Positions 19,005 through 26,814 of a DNA stretch of 27,721 nucleotides are shown in pieces (the stretch's first letter is position 1; each line of letters begins with the position of its first letter). Position numbers and translations under genes: made by a program. The stretch lies in the NCBI GenBank assembly GCA_039679545.1, contig JBDKUT010000005.1:1-27721 (forward strand). Direction: 5' to 3'. Below the pieces are notes generated by a model, which saw nothing but the letters and a program-made list of their open reading frames with translations, was not told the DNA's origin and searched no databases. Source of the DNA: Thermotogota bacterium. GTDB taxonomy: Bacteria; Bipolaricaulota; Bipolaricaulia; UBA7950; UBA9294.

Positions 19005-19610
19005 GTTGCCTCACGTAAGGAAGTCTCCGTAGTCTGAATCGTTGCCTCACGCAGAAATGTACTCCACCGTGGCCTGTGAGCGCTCCTCCGTCTTCTGCTG
19101 GATTGCGGCATGGAGCTTGTTCTCTAGCCGATTGATCTCGCGCCCGAGCGTGACTGGGTTGAACGCAGCGTCGTCGCGTTGCAGCTGCGCTTTCGTTTGT
19201 CTCGGGATGCGTCGCGACTCAAGCACACGGCCGAACGGCGTTCTGGCCCGGTCGTACCGCTTTGCCACCCTGCTCCCCGTTCGCGTCTTCTTCACCCGCT
19301 TCATCACCGGCTGGAAGAAGTTCGTGTACAGGCACCGCCGTGAGTACAGCGGGTTGAACAGATCCAGTTCTTCGGCGGTTCGGTGAGCTGAACCACGGAG
19401 TCGAGGATCTCTCCCTTCCGCTTCTTCGATGCACGGTTGTACTCGAGCGCCCGTTCACGAGTCACTGCTTGTTTCTCTTTCATCGTCAGGCCCATCAGTG
19501 TCTCCTACCCTCTCGTCCGAGTCGGGACACCGTAGCGTCACCTCCTGCTTCGAGTACCTTCCTTAGCGGAGACAACGATCCCGTTTCGCGTACCTTCTTC
19601 GTGAGGCAAT
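19005..19610 (-). mobile_element. Internally deleted IS (integrase-core/IS481-ISNCY-like) with doubled subterminal inverted repeats
   Basis: GTTGCCTCACG at 19005 and 19041; inverted copies ending at 19576 (degenerate) and 19610 (CGTGAGGCAAT); encloses transposase N- and C-terminal fragments. Confidence 0.75.
19047..19495 (-). pseudogene. Transposase remnant: N-terminus fused out of frame to C-terminus, catalytic core missing
   Basis: MGLTMKEKQAVTRE...Y.RASKK.KG.ILD joined near 19380 to TAEELDLFN.LY....LYTNFFQPVMK...K.R.GS...KRYD.A.TPF.RVL. Confidence 0.75.
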
Positions 19611-19618
19611 GCGGGGGA

Positions 19619-19647
19619 TTGACCGTGATGGAGTACTCCGCTAGGAT
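19619..19647 (+). promoter_or_regulatory. sigma70 promoter of the liv ATPase/permease operon
   Basis: TTGACC-17 bp-TAGGAT. Confidence 0.65.
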
Positions 19648-19667
19648 GGTGGCTGAGTGAGCTAATA

Positions 19668-19748
19668 ATGTTGACGAGACAAGATGAGCGATCCCTGGAG
19701 GTGGCGCATCCGCTAGGCAGTACGACCTTGTTGGTTATCATGTTGTAG
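19668..19748 (+). CDS. Putative attenuator leader peptide MLTRQDERSLEVAHPLGSTTLLVIML
   Basis: 26-codon ORF between promoter and terminator, ending TTG TTG GTT ATC ATG TTG TAG. Confidence 0.6.
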   Translation: MLTRQDERSLEVAHPLGSTTLLVIML

Positions 19749-19786
19749 TGCGGCTTGCGGCTCTCACGAGCCATAGGTCGCACGTT

Positions 19787-19819
19787 CCGAAAGCCGTCTG
19801 TGGCTTTCGGTTTTTCTTT
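19787..19819 (+). terminator. Intrinsic terminator (attenuator) upstream of livG
   Basis: CCGAAAGCC-N6-GGCTTTCGG followed by TTTTTCTTT, 12 nt before the GTG start. Confidence 0.85.
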
Positions 19820-19831
19820 GTGGGAGGTGTC

Positions 19832-20605
19832 GTGCTCTACGTTGACCAGCTGTCGAAGCGATTCGGAGGACTGAAGGCCGTCGACAGCTGTGCCTTCTCG
19901 GTCCGACCGGCGACGATCACCGGACTGATCGGACCCAACGGCGCAGGGAAGACGACGTTGTTCGACTTACTCACCGGCTTCATCAAGCCGGACGCCGGCC
20001 GTGTTCGATTCGAAGACAAGGACATCACCGGCCAATCGCCGCACAGAATCTTCCGCGCTGGAATCTGTCGGACGTTTCAGGTGCCACGCGAGTTCAAGAC
20101 GATGTCCGTCGTCGACAACCTGATGCTCGCTTCTCCCAGGCAACTCGGCGAGCGGATATGGGCCCCTTTCATTCGCCGCCACGCGGTGTCAAGGCAGGAA
20201 ACCTCTGCGCGGGAGAAGGCCATGGAGGTGCTGGAGTTCCTTGAGCTGGCGGGTGCTGCCGGCGAGCTGGCGGGCAACCTCTCGGGTGGACAGAAGAAAC
20301 TCCTGGAACTCGCCCGGACCATGATGTCGGATCCCCGGCTCGTGTTGCTCGACGAGCCCGGCGCCGGCGTGAACCGGACGCTTCTCAGGCGACTGGCCGA
20401 CTCCATCAAGAGACTCTGCGCCGAACGCGGAATGACCTTCCTCCTGATCGAGCACGACATGGACTTCGTCATGCGACTTTGCAGCCCCATCATTGTGATG
20501 AACGAAGGGCGGGTCCTGGCAGAAGGGAACCCTGAGGACGTCCAGCGAGACCAGCGCGTGTTGGACGCGTATCTCGGAGGGCAGCATGTCACTATTGAGC
20601 GTTAG
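19832..20605 (+). CDS. livG: Branched-chain amino acid (HAAT) ABC transporter ATPase
   Basis: GGGAGG RBS + GTG; FGGLKAV, GPNGAGKT, RTFQ, LSGGQ, LLDEP, EHDM, AYLG. Confidence 0.9.
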   Translation: MLYVDQLSKRFGGLKAVDSCAFSVRPATITGLIGPNGAGKTTLFDLLTGFIKPDAGRVRFEDKDITGQSPHRIFRAGICRTFQVPREFKTMSVVDNLMLASPRQLGERIWAPFIRRHAVSRQETSAREKAMEVLEFLELAGAAGELAGNLSGGQKKLLELARTMMSDPRLVLLDEPGAGVNRTLLRRLADSIKRLCAERGMTFLLIEHDMDFVMRLCSPIIVMNEGRVLAEGNPEDVQRDQRVLDAYLGGQHVTIER

Positions 20606-21293
20606 GGGAGTCGAGAGCGGCTATGGCGACATGCAGGTTCTGTACGGCATTGACCTCGACGTAGAGGCTGGGCAGATCATCACGATCATCGGTCCGAACG
20701 GCGCCGGGAAGTCGACGCTGATGAAGACCGTTTTCGGTCTACTGAAGCCGACGAAGGGTCGGATCGAGTTCGAAGGTCGCGAGATCACGGGGCTCTCCGC
20801 CGACCGCATCGTTCGGCGGGGGTTGGCGTACGTGCCGCAGGTAGAAAACATCTTCCCCTCACTCACGGTGTGCGAGAACCTCGAGATGGGGGTATTCATC
20901 GGTGACCGCGTTCCTCTCGGGCGCCTCGACCAGATCTACGAGCTGTTCCCCTCGCTCGTCACGCGCAAGAGGATGCGCGTCGGCAAGATGAGCGGTGGGG
21001 AAAGGCAGATGGTGGCGATGGGGCGAGCGCTGATGCTCGACCCTAGGCTGCTGATGCTTGACGAACCCTCGGCAGCCTTGGCTCCCAACTTCACCGCGAC
21101 CATCTTCGAGCGGATCGTCGCGATCAACAAGGCCGGCACCGCGATTCTCATCGTCGAGCAGAACGCAAAGGAATCGCTGCGGATCTCACACCGTGGCTGT
21201 GTTTTTGCTGCGGGATTGAAGTGTTTCGAGGACTCGGGGCCAGCGATCCTGGCGAACAAAGACATCGGACGGCTGTACCTCGGGGGTGAGTGA
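20586..21293 (+). CDS. livF: HAAT ABC transporter ATPase
   Basis: GYG, GPNGAGKS, VPQ...IFPSLTV.ENL, MSGGERQM, LDEPS.ALAP, VEQN, YLG. Confidence 0.9.
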   Translation: MSLLSVRGVESGYGDMQVLYGIDLDVEAGQIITIIGPNGAGKSTLMKTVFGLLKPTKGRIEFEGREITGLSADRIVRRGLAYVPQVENIFPSLTVCENLEMGVFIGDRVPLGRLDQIYELFPSLVTRKRMRVGKMSGGERQMVAMGRALMLDPRLLMLDEPSAALAPNFTATIFERIVAINKAGTAILIVEQNAKESLRISHRGCVFAAGLKCFEDSGPAILANKDIGRLYLGGE

Positions 21294-22219
21294 GGATGGA
21301 GGTGCTGGCAAGAATCCCGCAGCTTCTCGTCTATGGACTGGTGTCAGGGTCGATCCTGTCGTTGGGTGGCATCGGCGTGTCGCTCACCTACAGCATCCTC
21401 GGGTTCTCGAACTTCGCACACGGAGATGTCATGGCGTTAGGCGCCTATCTGGCACTCGCTCTCCTCCCGCTGATGTCGGCCGCCGGAATCAGCAACCATC
21501 CTCTAGGAAGTCTTTCGTTTGGGCTGGACTTCGTCGCGGCCCTTGTGCTGGCCACAATGGGGACGTGCGCTGTGGGCCTTGTGCTCGATCGAGTCCTCTT
21601 CCGCCGGTTGCGAGGCGCGGGGAGGATCACGTTGATGATCGCAACCGTGGGGGTGGCGCTTGGGCTGCGTAACGTACTGCAGTTCTTCTGGGGGCCACAG
21701 CCGCGCTACTACTCGGCCAAGATTCAGCTCGCAGCGGTGATTCCAGGGCTTGGGATCAGAATCAAGCCTGATCAAGTCTTCATTGTGAGCACGGCGGTTG
21801 GTCTCGCGGTCCTGCTCCACCTGTTCCTTCGCTACACGAAGATAGGCAAGGCCATGAGAGCCACCGCAGACAACGCGTCGCTAGCACGAATCAGTGGGAT
21901 CAACACCGAGAGAGTGATTGCTTGGACGTGGATCATTGGCTCGGCTCTCGCGGCGGTCGCTGGGGTCCTGATCGGAATCGAGAACAAGTTCGTCACGCCG
22001 GAACTGGGCTGGCAAATGCTTCTCCCCATCTTCGCCGCCGTGATCCTTGGTGGATTTGGAAACCCGTACGGAGCTGTCGTCGGAGGGATGGCGGTGGGCG
22101 TCTCCGAGGAGGTCTCTACTGCTTTCATCTCCGCCGCCTACAAGCCCGCCGTTGCCTTTGTCATTCTGATCCTGATGCTGCTCGCTAGACCTACCGGCCT
22201 GCTCGGAAGGAGAAGCTAA
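21290..22219 (+). CDS. livH: HAAT ABC transporter permease
   Basis: G.SL.Y.IL...NFAHG, T.IG.AMRA, A...GIN, F.AVILGG.G, RPTGLLG; alternative start ATG 21296. Confidence 0.9.
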   Translation: MRMEVLARIPQLLVYGLVSGSILSLGGIGVSLTYSILGFSNFAHGDVMALGAYLALALLPLMSAAGISNHPLGSLSFGLDFVAALVLATMGTCAVGLVLDRVLFRRLRGAGRITLMIATVGVALGLRNVLQFFWGPQPRYYSAKIQLAAVIPGLGIRIKPDQVFIVSTAVGLAVLLHLFLRYTKIGKAMRATADNASLARISGINTERVIAWTWIIGSALAAVAGVLIGIENKFVTPELGWQMLLPIFAAVILGGFGNPYGAVVGGMAVGVSEEVSTAFISAAYKPAVAFVILILMLLARPTGLLGRRS

Positions 22220-23238
22220 TGGAACAGCTCATCGGCGTGGTCAACTACCTTGTTTTCTTCGCAATCTCCGCCGGGATCTACGCCGTGTTGTCCCTAGGCC
22301 TCAATCTACAGTGGGGCGTCACGGGCCTGTTCAACATCGGCGTCGCTGGGTTCTACGCTATCGGTGCCTACACGTCGGCCCTGGTCTGCGGTCTCCCTCC
22401 CAGTGCGTGGGACGGGCGGATGGTCGGAGGATTCGAGCTCCCGTTCGCTCTCGGTTTGCTTGCCGCGATGTTGGTTTCAGGAGCGCTCGCTCTTGCTATC
22501 GGCATCCCGACGCTCCGTCTGCGTGCCGATTACCTCGGGATCGCCACGATTGGGATTGCGGAGACCGTTCGCCTCGTTCTGAAGAACGAGGCGTGGCTGA
22601 CAAACGGCGTGTGGGGACTGCAGCAGATCCCATCCCCGCTATACAGCGTGATCCATCGGCACGCGGCGGCGTACATCAGTGCGCACCCGGGTCTTCCAGA
22701 GTGGCAGCGATTGCTCATCAGTAGGGCGTACAACTGGTTTTACCTGATACTCGTCGGTGCGGTGCTCATCGCTGTCTACTTCATTCTGAAGCGGCTCATC
22801 CGCTCTCCGTGGGGACGCGTGCTCCGGGCGATTCGCGAAGACGAAGACGCCGCCGCGATGTCCGGCAAGAACGTTTTTGCGTTCAAGCTTCAGTCCCTCG
22901 CACTCGGTGCGATGATCATGGGAATCGCCGGAGCGTTGTACGCGCACTCGGTGCGATTCATTTCTCCCGCGTCGTTCGAGCCGCTGTATGGGACATTCAT
23001 CGTCTGGGTGATGCTGATGGTGGGAGGGACCGGCAACAACAAAGGGGCGATGCTCGGTGCTGTGGTGGTGTGGGGAATCTGGGCGGCGACAGACTTCGTT
23101 GCGGGCTATCTTCCATGGAGTGCGCCGCAAGTTGCCGCGCTGCGCATTATCGCCATCGGCCTTCTCCTCGAGGGGGTCATTGTCTGGCGACCGAAGGGAA
23201 TTCTCCCCGAGGGCAGGGCAAACCACCGAGCGCCATAG
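22219..23238 (+). CDS. livM: HAAT ABC transporter permease
   Basis: LGLNLQWG.TGL.N.G..GF..IGAY, LRLR.DYL.I.T, SPWGR.LRAIREDE, GG.GN..G, P.GI. Confidence 0.9.
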   Translation: MEQLIGVVNYLVFFAISAGIYAVLSLGLNLQWGVTGLFNIGVAGFYAIGAYTSALVCGLPPSAWDGRMVGGFELPFALGLLAAMLVSGALALAIGIPTLRLRADYLGIATIGIAETVRLVLKNEAWLTNGVWGLQQIPSPLYSVIHRHAAAYISAHPGLPEWQRLLISRAYNWFYLILVGAVLIAVYFILKRLIRSPWGRVLRAIREDEDAAAMSGKNVFAFKLQSLALGAMIMGIAGALYAHSVRFISPASFEPLYGTFIVWVMLMVGGTGNNKGAMLGAVVVWGIWAATDFVAGYLPWSAPQVAALRIIAIGLLLEGVIVWRPKGILPEGRANHRAP

Positions 23239-23246
23239 CCGACGAC

Positions 23247-23283
23247 GTAGACGGGGGAGACGAAACGCATCTCCCCCGCCTAC
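23247..23283. terminator. Long GC-rich hairpin between convergent livM and binding-protein genes
   Basis: GTAG-A-CGGGGGAGA / TCTCCCCCG-C-CTAC inverted repeat; no clear U tract. Confidence 0.5.
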
Positions 23284-23326
23284 TGGAACTATCTCTTGCG
23301 AGACGCTCCCGATTCGCGGAACTTGC

Positions 23327-24550
23327 TTATCCCGCCGTTTCCATCACCGCCTTCACCTGACAGTTCTCGATCTTCCACACCAGGATGCCCCCCGCTACGT
23401 CGCCCGTGTCCTTGAAGTCCACGAGACCGGAAACTCCCTGGTAGTCGATATCCTTTCCTGCCTTCAGCAGCGCGACTGCTTTCGCCCATTCGCCGTAGTA
23501 GATTGGCTCGCCCGGCGGGTTCGCCACCGCACGGAGGTTGTCGCGAATCGCGAGGCCGCTGGTGTCGCCGGCTCGTAGCATCGCGAGCGCGATGAGCATG
23601 ATGGCGTCGTACGCGTTGTAGTTGTACGGCACTGTGCTCGGCCCGAACGCGGCGATGTAGTCGGCATCGAACTCGGAAGCGCGGAAACCCGATGCTGCCA
23701 CTGTGCCGTGCGCGCCCTCGATCGGGCCTGGATTACCAGCCGCCGCGCACGCCGGACCGGGTGCGACTCCCTCCCCCTTCATCCCATCGGAGAAGAGGAA
23801 CTCACCCGTGTAGCCAGCCTCGACCGCCTCGACAATTTGCTTGTTGCCGTCGACCGGGTAGCCGATGAAGACAAGCACGTCGGGGGACCCGGCGAGTAGC
23901 GACTCGATCTCACCGCGGTACGAAGGCTTATTCTCTTCGTAGGGAACGGCACTCAATACTCGACCTCCGATAGCCTGGAAGGTGGCTTTGAACGTGTCAG
24001 CAAGCCCTTTGCCGTAGTCGTTGTTGACGAAAATGACCGATGCTGAGCGGAATCCTAGCAACAGCGCGAGGCGAGCCATGACCACGCCCTGGACTTCATC
24101 GGAAACGACGGTCCGGAAGACGAAGTCATTGTCGTTCAGCGCCGGAATCGAGGGAGCCGTGGAAGCGGGTGACATAAGCACGACTTCCGAGGGAATGGTT
24201 ACGCTCGAAGCCGCCAACGTTACACCGCTACTGAGGGCTCCGACAATGGCGGAGACGCCGTCGATCTCAACCAACTTGCTCGCTGCGTTTCGTCCGACAT
24301 CGGGCGACGTTCCGTCGTCCTCGATGATGAGCTCAAGCTGCTTGCCGAGAACCCCACCCGCTGCGTTGATCTGCTGCAGGGCGAGGAGGGCTCCGTTGGC
24401 GATCGGGGGACCATAGGGCGCGAGCGATCCGGTGAGGGACATGAGCGCGCCGATCTTGATCGTGTCCTCGCCGACAGCGACTACTGCGGTCGCGAGGAGG
24501 ATCACTGCCACAACGGTCATCGAACTCGAGAAACACCTAGACTTCTGCAT
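23327..24550 (-). CDS. HAAT/LivJ-like periplasmic substrate-binding protein
   Basis: Signal peptide; IKIGAL.SLTG..A..G, IN.AGG.LG, SP.ST, FRT..SD..QG, NNDYG.G, YDA, Y.G.SG...F...GD; AAGGAGG RBS. Confidence 0.92.
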   Translation of the reverse strand: MQKSRCFSSSMTVVAVILLATAVVAVGEDTIKIGALMSLTGSLAPYGPPIANGALLALQQINAAGGVLGKQLELIIEDDGTSPDVGRNAASKLVEIDGVSAIVGALSSGVTLAASSVTIPSEVVLMSPASTAPSIPALNDNDFVFRTVVSDEVQGVVMARLALLLGFRSASVIFVNNDYGKGLADTFKATFQAIGGRVLSAVPYEENKPSYRGEIESLLAGSPDVLVFIGYPVDGNKQIVEAVEAGYTGEFLFSDGMKGEGVAPGPACAAAGNPGPIEGAHGTVAASGFRASEFDADYIAAFGPSTVPYNYNAYDAIMLIALAMLRAGDTSGLAIRDNLRAVANPPGEPIYYGEWAKAVALLKAGKDIDYQGVSGLVDFKDTGDVAGGILVWKIENCQVKAVMETAG

Positions 24551-24631
24551 CGAGACCTCCTTAGCTAACTTGATGTCAGGTAGATCCGCGCCTTGCTTCT
24601 GGCAACCACCTCCCTGCCTTTGCGAAGGCGC

Positions 24632-24664
24632 AAAAGAAAAGACCGCAGGTGATAACCTGCAGTC
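24632..24664 (-). terminator. Intrinsic terminator (attenuator) upstream of the binding-protein gene
   Basis: Minus strand GACTGCAGGT-TATC-ACCTGCGGTC followed by TTTTCTTTT. Confidence 0.85.
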
Positions 24665-24702
24665 TCATAGCTCTGCGTTCTTCGCTAGGCTAGCGTTTGT
24701 CG

Positions 24703-24789
24703 CTACCCGCGGACGCAGAGCCCGCAAATAACCAACATGAGGGCGGCGCGAGAGACAGCCTTACTCGCAACAGCTCTCCGTATGGTCAT
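24703..24789 (-). CDS. Putative attenuator leader peptide MTIRRAVASKAVSRAALMLVICGLCVRG
   Basis: 28-codon ORF starting 10 nt after the -10 box and containing CTC ATG TTG GTT ATT. Confidence 0.6.
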   Translation of the reverse strand: MTIRRAVASKAVSRAALMLVICGLCVRG

Positions 24790-24799
24790 GTTGGCGGAC

Positions 24800-24828
24800 A
24801 GCATAGAGCGAAAGAATCGAGGTGTCAA
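24800..24828 (-). promoter_or_regulatory. sigma70 promoter of the binding-protein unit
   Basis: TTGACA-17 bp-TATGCT. Confidence 0.75.
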
Positions 24829-25538
24829 GACTTTTCTGAAAGCGGTCGACTTGTCTTGGCCATGCGCTATGGTCAGAGCGTCCGTCGAAAGAAGGGCGAG
24901 ACCGTGAAGGCGGTCACCGGCCCGCAGAGTCCCGATGGTGCCAAACAGAGACGTGCGTTCCGGCTGATTGCAAGAAGCGGACCGTGAGAGATGCGCCGAG
25001 AAAGACCTCAGAATCTGCCTCGGCAAGACCGCCGCAGCAATGCACCCCTGGTGCACAGCTTTCGAACTCCTCCCGGTGAGTGATGGAATCACGGTCGAAG
25101 CAAGGACTGCCATCTGGCACCCCGCCGAGTGGTCGAGAGAGTCGGCTTCGCCTCTATGGCACCAATCCCTGTCATGGGTGCGACGACCGGCTTGACTATC
25201 GGGGCGACAGAACTCTGACGGGGCAGCCGCACGTCGCTCAAAGCCGGCAATCTCGCCGGGCCGCGGCCGCTCGTCATCCTCTTGACACGCATCCTTGAGA
25301 GTCGTATAGTCGGCCCAATATGGGTACCGTGTCTGGTTTTCACATCCTTCGCACGCGTATGACCTTCCGTAGACGTACTGCCGGGTGACTTGCCGGCCGT
25401 ACGCCCTTTCCCGCTTCATCCTTTTCGCTCTAGACGTACAGCTCCGGTAGGTCGGCCCGGCATTCCCTGATCCATCGTTCGAAACCGGCGCATTTGCGCC
25501 GACCCGGATTGTTGTTCGTCCAGCAAAGGATGAATCTG

Positions 25539-26804
25539 ATGAAATCAGGAATCAAGAAGGTTGTACTAGCGTACTCGGGCGGACTCGACACCTCGATCAT
25601 CGTTCCGTGGCTCAAGGAGAACTACGGATGCGAAGTCGTAACGCTGACGGCCGACGTTGGCCAGGGGGAGAAGGAGACGACGGGCCTAGAGAAGAAGGCG
25701 CTTTCGAGCGGGGCGAGCAAGGCCGTCGTGCTTGATCTGCGCGAGGAGTACCTTCGGGAGTACGCGTTTCCGACGCTCCAGGCGGGCGCGGTGTACGAAG
25801 GCCTCTACTTGCTGGGCACGGCCACAGCTCGGCCGGTGATCGCGAAATACCTCGTCCAAGTCGCGCACGCGGAGGGGGCCGACGCCGTAGCCCACGGCTG
25901 CACCGGCAAAGGGAACGATCAGGTGAGGTTCGAGCTCGGCGTGAAGGCGCTTGATCCGTCGCTCAAGGTCATCGCTCCGTGGCGCGAGTGGTCGATCCGA
26001 TCGCGCGAGGACGCGGTCGCGTACGCGACCGCGCATCACGTCCCGGTGATGTCGAAGAAGGATTCGGTCTACAGCCGTGATGCCAACATCTGGCACCTGA
26101 GCCACGAAGGCGGGGTCCTCGAGGATCCGTGGGCCGAGCCCGAGGAGTCTATGTTCTGTCGCAGCTGTTCGCCGGAGTCCGCCCCTGACGAGCCGCAGTA
26201 TTTGACCATCGACTTCAAGCGGGGATTCCCCGTCGCCGTCGATGACGCGCCGATGGCGCCGGTCCCCCTACTTGCTCATCTCAACTCCATTGCGGGCACT
26301 CACGGGGTGGGTCGCGCCGACCTGGTCGAGAACCGGCTGGTTGGGATGAAGTCTCGTGGCGTCTACGAAACCCCGGGCGGAACTGTCTTGTACACCGCTC
26401 TGCAGGGGCTGGAGGGACTGTGCCTCGATCGGGATACGCAACACTACAATCTTCTGACGGCCCAGAAGTACGCTGAACTTGTCTACTACGGGCTGTGGTT
26501 CACGCCGCTCCGAGAAGCCCTTCACGCCTTCGTCGTCGAGGTCATGAAGCGGGTCACCGGGACGGTGCGAGTGAAGCTCTACAAGGGAGGCTGCGTCGTC
26601 GTCGGTCGGAAGTCCCCTTACGGCCTGTATCGCGAGGCATTCGCTACGTTCGGTAAGGACGACGTCTACCATCAAGCGGATGCAGCGGGGTTCATCAACT
26701 TGTTTGGCCTCCCCCTGACCGTGAGGGCGCTCGTGAATCGAGAGATTCTGGAGTCACGAGACTCGAAGGTGTCCGTCTCGGCGCCTGTGTCGTCGTGTGG
26801 GTGA
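25539..26804 (+). CDS. argG: Argininosuccinate synthase
   Basis: [65 protein letters not shown]. Confidence 0.98.
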   Translation: MKSGIKKVVLAYSGGLDTSIIVPWLKENYGCEVVTLTADVGQGEKETTGLEKKALSSGASKAVVLDLREEYLREYAFPTLQAGAVYEGLYLLGTATARPVIAKYLVQVAHAEGADAVAHGCTGKGNDQVRFELGVKALDPSLKVIAPWREWSIRSREDAVAYATAHHVPVMSKKDSVYSRDANIWHLSHEGGVLEDPWAEPEESMFCRSCSPESAPDEPQYLTIDFKRGFPVAVDDAPMAPVPLLAHLNSIAGTHGVGRADLVENRLVGMKSRGVYETPGGTVLYTALQGLEGLCLDRDTQHYNLLTAQKYAELVYYGLWFTPLREALHAFVVEVMKRVTGTVRVKLYKGGCVVVGRKSPYGLYREAFATFGKDDVYHQADAAGFINLFGLPLTVRALVNREILESRDSKVSVSAPVSSCG

Positions 26805-26814
26805 GGTGAATTGC

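Noticed and set aside
19005..19062. Two GTTGCCTCACG repeats as a mini CRISPR array
   Set aside because: Only two short copies with a 36-bp period, mirrored at the other end of a transposase remnant; no cas genes.
19650..19820. T-box or metabolite riboswitch upstream of livG
   Set aside because: No T-box UGGNACC bulge motif or recognisable aptamer; the leader-peptide model fits better.
24703..25419. 238-aa minus-strand ORF as a single protein
   Set aside because: It runs through a consensus promoter at 24800-24828 and has no recognisable domain; only the last 28 codons fit as a leader peptide.
25528..25546. ARG box at the argG start (ATGAATCTGATGAAAT)
   Set aside because: Only a half match, no tandem second box, and no clear promoter nearby.
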